Assembly: GCA_034436775.1 (NCBI GenBank) | Contig: DAOTVI010000067.1 | Span: 9,173-73,172, forward strand | From: Anaerolineae bacterium | GTDB taxonomy: Bacteria; Chloroflexota; Anaerolineae; 4572-78; NAK82 | Length of the DNA: 64,000 nt | Reading direction: 5' to 3' | Shown here: positions 37,604-45,753 of the stretch, in pieces | Layout: every line of letters starts with the position of its first letter | How positions within the stretch are numbered: the first letter of the stretch is position 1 | The notes under the pieces: generated by a model | The model's input: only the letters and a program-made list of their open reading frames with translations | Told to the model about the DNA's origin: nothing | Database searches by the model: none | Translations under genes and position numbers: made by a program

Positions 37604-39042
37604 AGAGCAAGGCCATGTTCCGTTCGCTGACCTTTAAGCTGGTGTTAGCCTTCATAGCGGTGAGCGTCGCCGGGGTGATGTTGAGCACTTTGTTTGCCCG
37701 CTGGGTGATCCTGCGCGAGTTCGACCGGCTGGTGGCCGAACGGGTGGAAAACACCTTCGTGGCCGCGGTGCAGAGCTACTATGAGATCACCGGCTCGTGG
37801 CAGGGGGTCGAGGTTTTCCTGCGCACCCGCGGGCCGATGTTGCTCGCTCCGCCCAGGCAGGCGATGACGCACCGTCAGATGGCCCGGTGTGGGCCAATGT
37901 GCGAGATGATGCCCGTGGTGTTTGCCCTGGCGGACCGCGCTGGCGTCGTGGTGCTGCCGGCCGGACCGTACCAAGCTGGCGAGCGTGTCGACGCCGAGGT
38001 CTTACGTCAGGGCATCCAGATCATGGTGGACGGACAGGTGGTGGGCACGGCGTTACCGACAGGACTCCCTCCCGAGATGGCGCCGCGGGAAGTTCGCTAT
38101 CTGAGGCGCATCAATTATGCCTCGTTCCTGGCGGCGTCGCTCGCGATGGTGATCGCCGCCGTCTTGGGTATCTTCCTGGCACGACGGTTGTCCCGGCCAC
38201 TGCGCGAGCTGACTGCCGCCACACGGGCGATGGCGCGTGGTGAGCTGGAGCAACGCGTGCCCATCCGTTCGCGTGATGAGCTGGGCGAGCTGGCAATCGC
38301 GTTCAACCAGATGAGTGCCGATCTCGCGCGGGCGCACGAGATGCGGCGGCAAATGACCGCCGACATCGCACACGAACTGCGCACACCGCTCACCGTCATG
38401 CTCGGCTACCTGGAAGCACTGAGCGACGGGGTGCTGAAGCCGAATTCCGAGCGCTTCGAGGCGATGTATCAGGAGGCACGCCATTTGGAGCGCCTGGTGG
38501 AAGACTTGCGCATCCTTTCTCTGGCCGACGCAGGAGAACTCTCGCTGAATCGGGAAAAGGTGTCACCCCGCCTGGTGCTGGAAGAGGCAGCTGCGATCTA
38601 CCGCCACCAGGCGGAACAGCGCGGCATTGCACTGGAAGTATCGCTGGAGGAAGGTCTACCCGACATCTACGTGGATCCGGATCGCATCGCCCAGGTGCTG
38701 GGCAACCTGATCACGAACGCCATCCGCTATACGCCCACCGGTGGACGCATCACCATGTCGGCGGCACACCGGGGGGATGACGTGGTGTTGCGCGTGCAGG
38801 ACACCGGCAGTGGAATTGCACCTGAAGACCTGCCCTACGTGTTCGATCGTTTCTACCGTGGCGATCGGGCTCGTCAATCTCCGGGAGGTGAATCGGGGCT
38901 GGGGTTGGCCATCGCGCGTTCCATCGTGGAAGCGCACGGAGGAAAGATCGCGGTGACAAGTGCACTGGGCCAGGGCAGCACTTTTACCATTACGTTGCCA
39001 CGTGCGGATCAGCCACCGGCCACCGGACATGCCCGATCGTGA
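37600..39042 (+). CDS. Membrane sensor histidine kinase (2 TM, HAMP, HisKA, HATPase_c)
   Basis: HAMP segment (RRLSRPLRELTAATRAMARGELEQ), H-box IAHELRTPLTVMLGYLEAL, N box NLITNAIRYTP, and G box GLGLAIARSIVEAHGG. ATGA overlap with the RR gene. Confidence 0.9.
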   Translation: MKSKAMFRSLTFKLVLAFIAVSVAGVMLSTLFARWVILREFDRLVAERVENTFVAAVQSYYEITGSWQGVEVFLRTRGPMLLAPPRQAMTHRQMARCGPMCEMMPVVFALADRAGVVVLPAGPYQAGERVDAEVLRQGIQIMVDGQVVGTALPTGLPPEMAPREVRYLRRINYASFLAASLAMVIAAVLGIFLARRLSRPLRELTAATRAMARGELEQRVPIRSRDELGELAIAFNQMSADLARAHEMRRQMTADIAHELRTPLTVMLGYLEALSDGVLKPNSERFEAMYQEARHLERLVEDLRILSLADAGELSLNREKVSPRLVLEEAAAIYRHQAEQRGIALEVSLEEGLPDIYVDPDRIAQVLGNLITNAIRYTPTGGRITMSAAHRGDDVVLRVQDTGSGIAPEDLPYVFDRFYRGDRARQSPGGESGLGLAIARSIVEAHGGKIAVTSALGQGSTFTITLPRADQPPATGHARS

Positions 39043-39232
39043 CGATGCGCTTACCCTGGCCCTCCGTCGCTTCCGGCACGCCTCGCTCTCCTTGATCACG
39101 GTGCCCGCACCCGCAGCTCCGAAGTGAGTGCCGAACTCCGCGCTAACCGTCGGTGCGCCGCATTGCCGCTGCAGGGACAGGGCACTGCCCTTCGCACTCC
39201 CATCCCGTTGCGCGCTGCGACGGGATAAAGCG

Positions 39233-39263
39233 AACAGGGGCCATGGAATCTCATGCCCCTGTT
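39233..39263. terminator. Hairpin between convergent genes
   Basis: AACAGGGGC / GCCCCTGTT form a 9-bp stem with a 13-nt loop, between the HK stop (39042) and the ABC ATPase stop (39305). No clear U-tract. Confidence 0.35.
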
Positions 39264-39304
39264 GCATAAGCGATGGTGGGTGTTTCGGTGGTCTCGGTGC
39301 GTGA

Positions 39305-40429
39305 TTACGCCCCCGTTCCCGGCTTCAGCAGAGCCGGTTGACCCTCGACATCGGCGTCGAAGAGGTGGATCTTATCGGCGTTGAAGATCATCTTGATCTT
39401 ATCGCCGACGTGGGTACGCACGTGCGGGTCCACACGTGCAATGTAGGAATGGTTCCCCGTCACCATATACAGGAAGATTTCGTTACCCATCAACTCGGTG
39501 ACGTCCACCACCGAATCCACGTCCACCGCGGTGACGCCTGGCGTCACAAAGCCCGGGAAGTAGATGTCCTCCGGTCGGATGCCCAAGATGACCCGCTTGC
39601 CCGCTCCGTCTTTGAGGCGTGCTTTGATCGAGGGCGTGATCGGGATGCGGAACGAACCGGCGTCGACGTAGAGCTGGTCACCTTCGCCGGTGATAGTGGC
39701 ATTGAAGAAGTTCATGCTCGGCGAGCCGATGAACCCGGCCACGAAGAGATTGCCCGGGTAGTCGTAGAGATTCTGCGGGGTGTCCAGCTGCTGGAGCACG
39801 CCATCCTTGAGCACCGCGATGCGGTCCGCCATGGTCATCGCTTCCATCTGGTCGTGGGTCACATAGATGAAGGTGGTGCCCAAGCGCTGGTGCAGTTTGA
39901 TCAGCTCGGCGCGCGTCTGTACACGCAGCTTGGCGTCCAAGTTGGACAGCGGCTCGTCGAGCAGGAAAACCGAGGGTTCACGGACAATTGCGCGTCCCAG
40001 GGCGACACGCTGGCGCTGACCACCCGACAGCTGCTTGGGCTTGCGGTCCAACAGATTCTCGATGCCCAGGATCTTCGCCGCCTCTTGCACCCGGCGGTTG
40101 ATCTCCTCCTTGGGTGTCCGGCGCAGCTTGAGGCCAAATGCCATGTTATCGTAGACCGACATGTGAGGGTACAGTGCATAGCTCTGGAACACCATCGCGA
40201 TGTTGCGATCCTTGGGTGGGACGTCGTTCACCACACGGTCGCCGATCAGGATGCGCCCTTCTGTGACTTCCTCCAGACCTGCCAGACACCGCAACGCGGT
40301 GCTTTTGCCGCAGCCTGAGGGCCCCACCAGTACCAGGAATTCCTTGTCCTGGACCTCGAGGCTCAGATTATTGAGCGCCACCACATCCCCAAACTTCTTT
40401 GTCACATTCTCATACGTCACACTGGCCAT
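39305..40429 (-). CDS. Sugar ABC transporter ATP-binding protein (MalK/MsmX/UgpC type)
   Basis: Walker [34 protein letters not shown], and a C-terminal TOBE-like domain. Confidence 0.92.
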   Translation of the reverse strand: MASVTYENVTKKFGDVVALNNLSLEVQDKEFLVLVGPSGCGKSTALRCLAGLEEVTEGRILIGDRVVNDVPPKDRNIAMVFQSYALYPHMSVYDNMAFGLKLRRTPKEEINRRVQEAAKILGIENLLDRKPKQLSGGQRQRVALGRAIVREPSVFLLDEPLSNLDAKLRVQTRAELIKLHQRLGTTFIYVTHDQMEAMTMADRIAVLKDGVLQQLDTPQNLYDYPGNLFVAGFIGSPSMNFFNATITGEGDQLYVDAGSFRIPITPSIKARLKDGAGKRVILGIRPEDIYFPGFVTPGVTAVDVDSVVDVTELMGNEIFLYMVTGNHSYIARVDPHVRTHVGDKIKMIFNADKIHLFDADVEGQPALLKPGTGA

Positions 40430-40484
40430 TTGGACTGATCCCTCCTTTATTTATCAGTGAGTGAAATTTTTGCTTTCTCCCAAT

Positions 40485-41507
40485 TCACAGCCACAGATCC
40501 AGATCGGTGGACTGACGGATGATGAGCTCCGGCTGCAGGAGCACGTAAGGATTGGGGATCTCCTGCCCCTGCGCGCACATCACCAACATCTGTCCCACCG
40601 CTTTGCCCATCTGTTGGGCTGGTACGCGCACCGTGGTCAGGGTGGGATGGGACGTCTCGGCCAACGGGACGTCTCCAAAGCCGGCGACGGCCACATCGCT
40701 GCCCACTTCCAGTCCTTGATCCTGAACGGCACTCATAATCCCCAAAGCCATCAGGTCGTTACCGGCGATGATGGCGGTGGGCGGCTCCCTGCGGCTGAGC
40801 AGCATCTGTGCGGCATCATACCCCCCCCGCTGAGTCGGATTGCTTTCCACGATCCAGTCTTCGCGAACCACCAGGCCATGCTCTTGTAGGGCATTGCGAA
40901 ATCCTTCGCGCTGATAGTGTACAGCGGTGAGCTCGGCCGATTCGCCGACGAACGCGATCCGCCGATGCCCCAGCTGGATCAGGTGGGCCACCAAGCTGTG
41001 CATCCCACGCGCATAATCCACGTCCACGTAAGGAAAAACCCAATCTTCCAGCACACGGCCGCCGGCCACGAAGGGGATGCGCCGCTCCAGGAGATAGGCG
41101 ATGCGTCGGTCGTGACACCGCGGATGCACCACCCAGACACTGTCCACACGCCGTTCGCCGACGCGCTGGTAATAGGGTGCGACTTCGTCTTCGGGACGAT
41201 GGGCGATGCTCACCAGCAGATCCAGCCCGGCGCGCGTGATCTCGTCGGCAGCGGCCGAAAGGATGTCACCGAAGAGGGGATCAGAGAGACGCGGTCCATA
41301 GCTCGGCAAGATCAACCCGATCGCGTCGGCGCGCTGCTTCTGAAGGCGTCGCGCGACCACGTTGGGAACATAGCCCAACTGCTCTGCCGTGCGCCGCACC
41401 AGAGCACGCGTCTCCGGGCTCACATCCGCATAATCGTGCAGGGCGCGTGACACCGTCGTGACAGAACGATTGACCTGGCGCGCAATGTCCTTCAGGGTAA
41501 CGGTCAC
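40485..41507 (-). CDS. LacI-family transcriptional regulator
   Basis: N-terminal HTH TLKDIARQVNRSVTTVSRAL and a periplasmic-binding-protein-like core. GTG start. Confidence 0.9.
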   Translation of the reverse strand: MTVTLKDIARQVNRSVTTVSRALHDYADVSPETRALVRRTAEQLGYVPNVVARRLQKQRADAIGLILPSYGPRLSDPLFGDILSAAADEITRAGLDLLVSIAHRPEDEVAPYYQRVGERRVDSVWVVHPRCHDRRIAYLLERRIPFVAGGRVLEDWVFPYVDVDYARGMHSLVAHLIQLGHRRIAFVGESAELTAVHYQREGFRNALQEHGLVVREDWIVESNPTQRGGYDAAQMLLSRREPPTAIIAGNDLMALGIMSAVQDQGLEVGSDVAVAGFGDVPLAETSHPTLTTVRVPAQQMGKAVGQMLVMCAQGQEIPNPYVLLQPELIIRQSTDLDLWL

Positions 41508-41520
41508 CTTTGACGGCCAT

Positions 41521-41534
41521 CCAAAACGTTTAGG
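41521..41534. promoter_or_regulatory. LacI-type operator O1 (CCAAAACGTTTAGG)
   Basis: 12/14 palindrome with the AAACGTTT core typical of LacI/GalR operators. It lies between the predicted TSS and the lacI-family start codon. Confidence 0.55.
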
Positions 41535-41544
41535 TCACAGTGCT

Positions 41545-41573
41545 ATTATAGGCCAAAACGTTTTGGCTGTCAA
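41545..41573 (-). promoter_or_regulatory. Consensus sigma-70 promoter with LacI-type operator O2 as its spacer
   Basis: Minus strand reads TTGACA - GCCAAAACGTTTTGGCC (17 nt) - TATAAT. The spacer contains the perfect 16-bp palindrome GCCAAAACGTTTTGGC (about 41552-41567). Confidence 0.7.
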
Positions 41574-41655
41574 GCTTTGCCTATGGAACGGGTGCATTTC
41601 CTTTGTGGGAAGAGATGGGGCGTTAAACCGAACCGCGCGCACCCGCAAGTGGACT

Positions 41656-41703
41656 CTTCCCCCGTGGACGGGCAGGGCCGGGGTGGCGGCTATTTCTGAA
41701 ATA
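41656..41703 (-). repeat. Dispersed GC-rich repeat, third copy of the 48.3/48.6-kb family
   Basis: The reverse complement TATTTCAGAAATAGCCGCCACCCCGGCCCTGCCCGTCCACGGGGGAAG matches 48631-48678 (GAAATAGCCCCCATCCCTGGCCCTGCCCATCCACGGGGC) at about 35/39 positions. Confidence 0.7.
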
Positions 41704-41721
41704 CATCCAACCCAGCCGCGT

Positions 41722-42246
41722 TCACTCCGCCTCGAGCGCGGCGCGCAACGCACGCAGCGAGATCTTCAGTTCCAGCAGGTGCACCAGCTGGTCGCCCACG
41801 AAGCTGGCGTAGGCACGCTGGTAGCGAAAGCCAAAATGCTGATAGAAGGCGATCGCCGGCGCGTTGTCCACTTCCACCGAGACATAGCAACGGTGGATGC
41901 CCGCCCTCGCCATGGCATGCACGCCGGCCTGCAACAGCGCGCGCCCGATGCCCCGGCGTTGGTGCGCCGGCAGGACATAGATGCGCACCAGCTCACCATG
42001 GCCATCGCCACGGCGCAGGAACTGGGCGAACCCGAGCACTTCTTCCCCGCTCACCGCGACGAAGAACCAGCTCTGGGCCATCTGCAGCGCCGCGACGAGC
42101 GCCGCATCGGTATAGGAACGCTCTAATACGCGCTGTTGGTTGTGCGGTGCAATGCTCTGCGCATAGGTGATGCGCCAGGTCTCACGCGCCACCCGACCGA
42201 TGGCCGGCACGTCGGCAGATGTGGCAGGCCGGACGTAGTACTCCAC
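41722..42246 (-). CDS. GNAT-family N-acetyltransferase
   Basis: Acetyl-CoA motif VLPAHQRRGIGRALL and a typical approximately 175-aa length. Start placed at GTG 42246 (VEYYVRPATSADV) because the ORF-track start at 42612 lies inside the upstream gene. Confidence 0.7.
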   Translation of the reverse strand: MEYYVRPATSADVPAIGRVARETWRITYAQSIAPHNQQRVLERSYTDAALVAALQMAQSWFFVAVSGEEVLGFAQFLRRGDGHGELVRIYVLPAHQRRGIGRALLQAGVHAMARAGIHRCYVSVEVDNAPAIAFYQHFGFRYQRAYASFVGDQLVHLLELKISLRALRAALEAE

Positions 42247-42339
42247 AACACCCCCACGGCGGGCATAGAGTGTGTGTTCAGTATAGGACGGCGGGCCGCA
42301 AGAGGCAATTCGGAGGGGTGGAACAAGCAATAATAAGGG

Positions 42340-42370
42340 AAAAAAGACTGAGGGGCGCTTGTCGCACCCC
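42340..42370 (-). terminator. Terminator-like hairpin after the peroxiredoxin gene
   Basis: Minus strand reads GGGGTGC gacaa GCGCCCC (7 bp including one G-U), then TCAGTC, then TTTTTT. Confidence 0.4.
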
Positions 42371-42407
42371 CCAGTCGCTGGCCGTGATGAAAATTTCCCC
42401 CAGACGC

Positions 42408-43163
42408 CTATTTCAGCAGCAGTTCGGTGAGCTTGGCGACATCGAAGTCCAGCACAATGGTGCCGTTGATGTCGAAGGTGGGCGTCACCAGGTTGCCGCC
42501 CGCCCACTGGCGCACCTTGCGCGCTGCCGCCGGGTTGGCATTCACATCCACCTCGGTGTACTTGATCCCGTGCTCCTGCAACCAGATGCGTGCCCGCTGA
42601 CAGTCGCCACACCAGCGCGTGCAGTACAGCACAACACCCCCAGCGGGCGGCGATGCGGCCGGCACCTCCGCCTCGCCGGGCAGGCGCGCCGCCAGCTCCG
42701 GCTCCAACTTGCGCAACTCGGCCAACAGCACCTCGTTCTGCGGCTGGTCGTTGATGTCGTGCACGTCAATGTAGCGGATGATCCCCTGCTTATCAACCAG
42801 GAAGATCGCCCGCTCGGAATAGCCCTCCGCACGCAGCACGCCGTACTTCCTCGCCACCTCGCCGTGCGGCCAGAAGTCGCTGAGCAGCGGATAGCTGATG
42901 TTGCCCAGACTTTCCGCCCACGCCTTCAGACAGGGAACATGATCCACGCTTATGCCCAGAACCTGGGCATCTAATGCCCCAAACTTGGCCATGTCGGCCT
43001 CGTAAGCGGGCATCTGGTTCGTTCAGACGGGTGTCCAGGCGAGCGGGAAGAAGACCAGCACGACGTTCTTGCTGCCGCGCAGGTCGCTGAGCGTGACCTT
43101 CTTGCCCAGATGGCTCGGCAGGGTGAAATCAGGTGCCGGGTCTCCTACTCTCAGATGGGTCAT
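42408..43163 (-). CDS. AhpE-like 1-Cys peroxiredoxin fused to a glutaredoxin/mycoredoxin-like CxxC domain, with an in-frame TGA (43023-43025) at the peroxidatic position: candidate selenoprotein
   Basis: From ATG 43163 (AAGGAGG RBS) the frame reads [77 protein letters not shown]... and continues into the 201-aa ORF-track entry. [19 protein letters not shown] is AhpE-like. The C-terminus reads [15 protein letters not shown]...GGNLVTPTF. Confidence 0.65.
42974..43013 (-). other. SECIS-like extended hairpin downstream of the in-frame UGA
   Basis: The mRNA reads UGA-acgaaccag-AUGCCC g cuuacga GGCC gacau GGCC aaguuug GGGCAU. It has a 6-bp basal stem, internal loops and a 4-bp apical stem with a 5-nt loop, and begins 9 nt after the UGA. 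Confidence 0.4.
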
Positions 43164-43374
43164 ATCCACACCTCCTTAAGATCGCAGAATGGGCGGCGCA
43201 AAACCCGATGGCGGTAGCCCCAGGGCTGCACCGCATGCTGTAAACTAATTCGATACATATAGCACAATTCCCTGCAATGCGCAAATCCGGAAGGTGAGAC
43301 GGAACGCCCTGGCGCTGGTGAAATTGCGTGGGAAGGCGATCGTGTACGATGCGTGCCGACGGCGCGGCAGGCAT

Positions 43375-43938
43375 TCACCCGGTCGCGCGGCGGGCTCGGT
43401 AGCGCAGCCGCTGCACCAGCCACGCCAGTACCCCCAACACCAGGAAGGCGATGACGATGGGCACCAGGATGGCGAGCAAGGAGGTGATGAACGCGAGGAT
43501 GTCCTCGATCGTGCTGACCAGCCAGTTGCCCATGCCACCCGTGCCCGCGGTGATGAACGGCCGTGCGGTTGCCTTGACGGCGTGCACCCCGCCCGCCACC
43601 ACCAGGCCGCAGATGAGCGCCAACACGGGGTGGAACTCGCCCAGCGTGCCCGAATTGGCGGCGAACAGGATGGCACCCGCGGCGGGACGGATGGCCGTGT
43701 TGATGACGTCGTTGACCGTGTCCACCGCCGGCACCTTGTCCGCAACGATCTCGATGACCAGAAGCAGGCCTAGGATGCCAAGCGCCCACCAGCTGCTCAG
43801 CGCGTCCCAGGGCGGGCGCAGCTGCACCAGGTCGGTGCAGCGCGCCAACAGTCCGACGATGAGCAGCGGCAGATAGGCGTTCAGCCCCGCTGCCGAGGAG
43901 AGCCCCAGCGCCGAAAACAGCTGCAGCAGCAGCTCCAT
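43375..43938 (-). CDS. DUF4126 family membrane protein
   Basis: 187 aa. The N-terminus ALGLSSAAGLNAYLPLLIVGLL and IEIVADKVPAVD are typical of DUF4126. The overlapping 275-aa ORF (43160-43987) is in another frame and has Arg/Gly/Pro-rich low-complexity composition. Confidence 0.75.
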   Translation of the reverse strand: MELLLQLFSALGLSSAAGLNAYLPLLIVGLLARCTDLVQLRPPWDALSSWWALGILGLLLVIEIVADKVPAVDTVNDVINTAIRPAAGAILFAANSGTLGEFHPVLALICGLVVAGGVHAVKATARPFITAGTGGMGNWLVSTIEDILAFITSLLAILVPIVIAFLVLGVLAWLVQRLRYRARRATG

Positions 43939-43979
43939 CGTCCGTCCGCTCCTCTAAAGGGAAACCCACTCCTGTATGC

Positions 43980-44357
43980 TCAGCCACGCTGTTGCTGCAA
44001 GGCAGCCGCCGTGGCGCGCGTGTTCTCCTCCAATGCCAGCAACACGTGGATCAGCTCGCCGAAGCCATAGAACATCAGCGCTTGCAATCCCCCGCCCAGG
44101 AGGATCAGCCCCGCCAGGATGAGGCCCAACCCTGTCCGGGGCAGCATCCAGAAGCTCGGCCCGCTCCACCACGGGGTGATGTCGGGTCGACTCCACCAGG
44201 GGCGCTGCGCCCCAAACTCCGCCAGGCCACCCGTGCCCCAGACGAGATTGAGGCAGATGCCCAGCGCTGCCAGCACAACCAGCACGCCCAGGAGCGCCCC
44301 GGCCACCCGGCAGATGGTGGCGATCACCCGCAGCGCACGATACCGCTGCTCCACCAC
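43980..44357 (-). CDS. Hypothetical membrane protein (125 aa)
   Basis: GAGGAGG RBS. Two or three hydrophobic helices and a Trp-rich loop (RPWWSRPDITPWWSGPSFW). Confidence 0.55.
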   Translation of the reverse strand: MVEQRYRALRVIATICRVAGALLGVLVVLAALGICLNLVWGTGGLAEFGAQRPWWSRPDITPWWSGPSFWMLPRTGLGLILAGLILLGGGLQALMFYGFGELIHVLLALEENTRATAAALQQQRG

Positions 44358-44396
44358 AGCACACCTCCTCGCAGCATATCCGTTGCCGGCTCACGT

Positions 44397-44457
44397 TCAC
44401 CGCCGAGAACGCCGAGCCCGCAGAGATTTTGGTGATTCTCGGTGCGCTCGGCGGTGA
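44397..44457. other. Long intercistronic hairpin
   Basis: TCACCGCCGAG aa CGCCGAG ...loop... CTCGGTG cg CTCGGCGGTGA: an 11-bp outer stem plus a 7-bp inner stem. It lies between the DUF4013 stop and the next gene. No U-tract. Confidence 0.5.
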
Positions 44458-44549
44458 CGGCGTTCCTGCTCCCTGACGGTCGCAGCTCGGCAATCCTCCG
44501 ACAATCCCCCGGCAATTTTCCTATGGAAGCCAACACCCCGGCGCAGCCT

Positions 44550-45229
44550 CTATGCGTACGCTTCGGTCGGTTGATAGGCGCCCGCCGCGGCAGCCGCCAG
44601 CTGGCCGTACAGGTGGCCCGACACCAGATAGGCCCAGAACTGGGTGAAGATGACACCCACGACACAGGCGATCACCCCCAGCGGCGCCAGAAAACCGAGC
44701 ACCAGCCAGTTCAGGATCAGCACGATGAGATAGGCGCCCAGGTCGGCGCGCAGCACCCCCAGCCAGCCACCGATGCTCAACGTGGCGCCGAAGCTGCCCG
44801 TCTCGGCGAAGCGCACGAACAGCGCCGGGCTGATCACCCCGATGAACAACCCCCACAAGCCCGTCAGACAGCTGAGACAGATGCTGGCGACGGCATAGGC
44901 GCTCGCCAGGTCCTCAGCGCTCCGACTGTTGCCCGCTGCGCCCAGCATCGCACTGGCAGCGATCTGCAAACACGCCAGCAGGAGGATGGGGATGGCATAC
45001 ACCAGATAGACCAAGAAGAGATACAGGCCGCTGACGAAGTACTCCCCGAACGCATCCCACTCCGGCAGCGGCAGGTCCTGGCCATCGCGCACGTTGCGCA
45101 CCACCTGCACCGTGTATCCCAACGCGGCGAAGTTGACGATGGGGATGAGCGAGATCACGCCACCGATGAGGATTTTCTTGAGCCAGTCCCTGTCCTGGAA
45201 CATGTACGTGAATGCGATTCCGATATCCA
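44550..45229 (-). CDS. DUF4013 family membrane protein
   Basis: MDIGIAFTYMFQDRDWLKKILIGGVISLIPIVNFAALGY is a typical DUF4013 N-terminus. AGGAGG lies upstream of ATG 45229. The ORF-track N-terminal extension to 46064 is low-complexity. Confidence 0.7.
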
Positions 45230-45397
45230 TGCTGAAAGGGCCTCCTTGTGTGGTTACGCGGTTGATATGTTTCCCTGCCGGCGTGCCACGACGGACAGGG
45301 CGGCGGTGCGGCGAGAGCACACCGGCGTGTCCGCCCGCCGGTATCGCAGGGATTATAGCAGCTGGCAAAGGTGTTTGCCAATCAGGGCGGGCGCTTG

Positions 45398-45453
45398 CAC
45401 CGCAGAGAGAAAAACGGAGAAAAATCTCTGTGACCTCCGTGCCCTCTGCGGTG
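45398..45453. other. Nested hairpin in a 524-bp divergent intergenic region
   Basis: CACCGCAGAG (45398-45407) / CTCTGCGGTG (45444-45453) enclose ACGGAG (45414-45419) / CTCCGT (45435-45440). Confidence 0.5.
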
Positions 45454-45520
45454 AAAAGAGACCGTTGCACCCCACGGCGGATGGGACGTCCGCGCTCCCG
45501 GGGGAAAACGTCCGGCTGGA

Positions 45521-45552
45521 CCGTAGGAACACGGCCTGTCGTGCTCCTACGG
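45521..45552. other. Strong 12-bp hairpin in the same intergenic region
   Basis: CCGTAGGA a CACG gcctgt CGTG c TCCTACGG. A further stem, GGACGT/ACGTCC, lies at 45484-45513. Confidence 0.5.
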
Positions 45553-45753
45553 GGTCTGAATAGCTGCGGGGCATTATGACGCGCGATGGTAGGGGCAGTC
45601 CGGCGGATCGCCCCTGCCACTCGGTGCGGGCATCGGACCAAAAAGGTTGCAGGGGTATTCCGCCAGCCATGCGCCCCTCCGACAGCGCAATGATGCAGCG
45701 GCGCGGGTTCTCCGCTACAATAAGCGGCAGATTGGCTGAGATGGAGAGGCAAG

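Noticed and set aside
42408-43013. Peroxiredoxin called as an independent 201-aa gene starting at ATG 43013, or as a nonsense-mutated pseudogene
   Set aside because: The 201-aa product lacks the thioredoxin-fold N-terminus and the catalytic residue. The upstream 46 codons are in frame, have a strong RBS and read as a perfect Prx N-terminus, with the TGA exactly at the Cys position and a hairpin behind it. A pseudogene cannot be excluded without the rest of the genome, so it is reported as a candidate only.
43160-43987. 275-aa minus-strand ORF overlapping the DUF4126 gene, and the 504-aa extended version of the DUF4013 ORF (44550-46064)
   Set aside because: The alternative frame or N-terminal extension is Arg/Gly/Pro/Ala low-complexity. 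The shorter calls have family-typical N-termini and Shine-Dalgarno sequences.
45560-45640. GCCACTC / GGCAGTCCGG strings that suggested a cobalamin riboswitch or RNase P RNA
   Set aside because: The neighbouring conserved elements (the B12 box; the GGAAAGUCCGGGC and ACAGAA motifs of RNase P) are absent, and the length and context do not fit.
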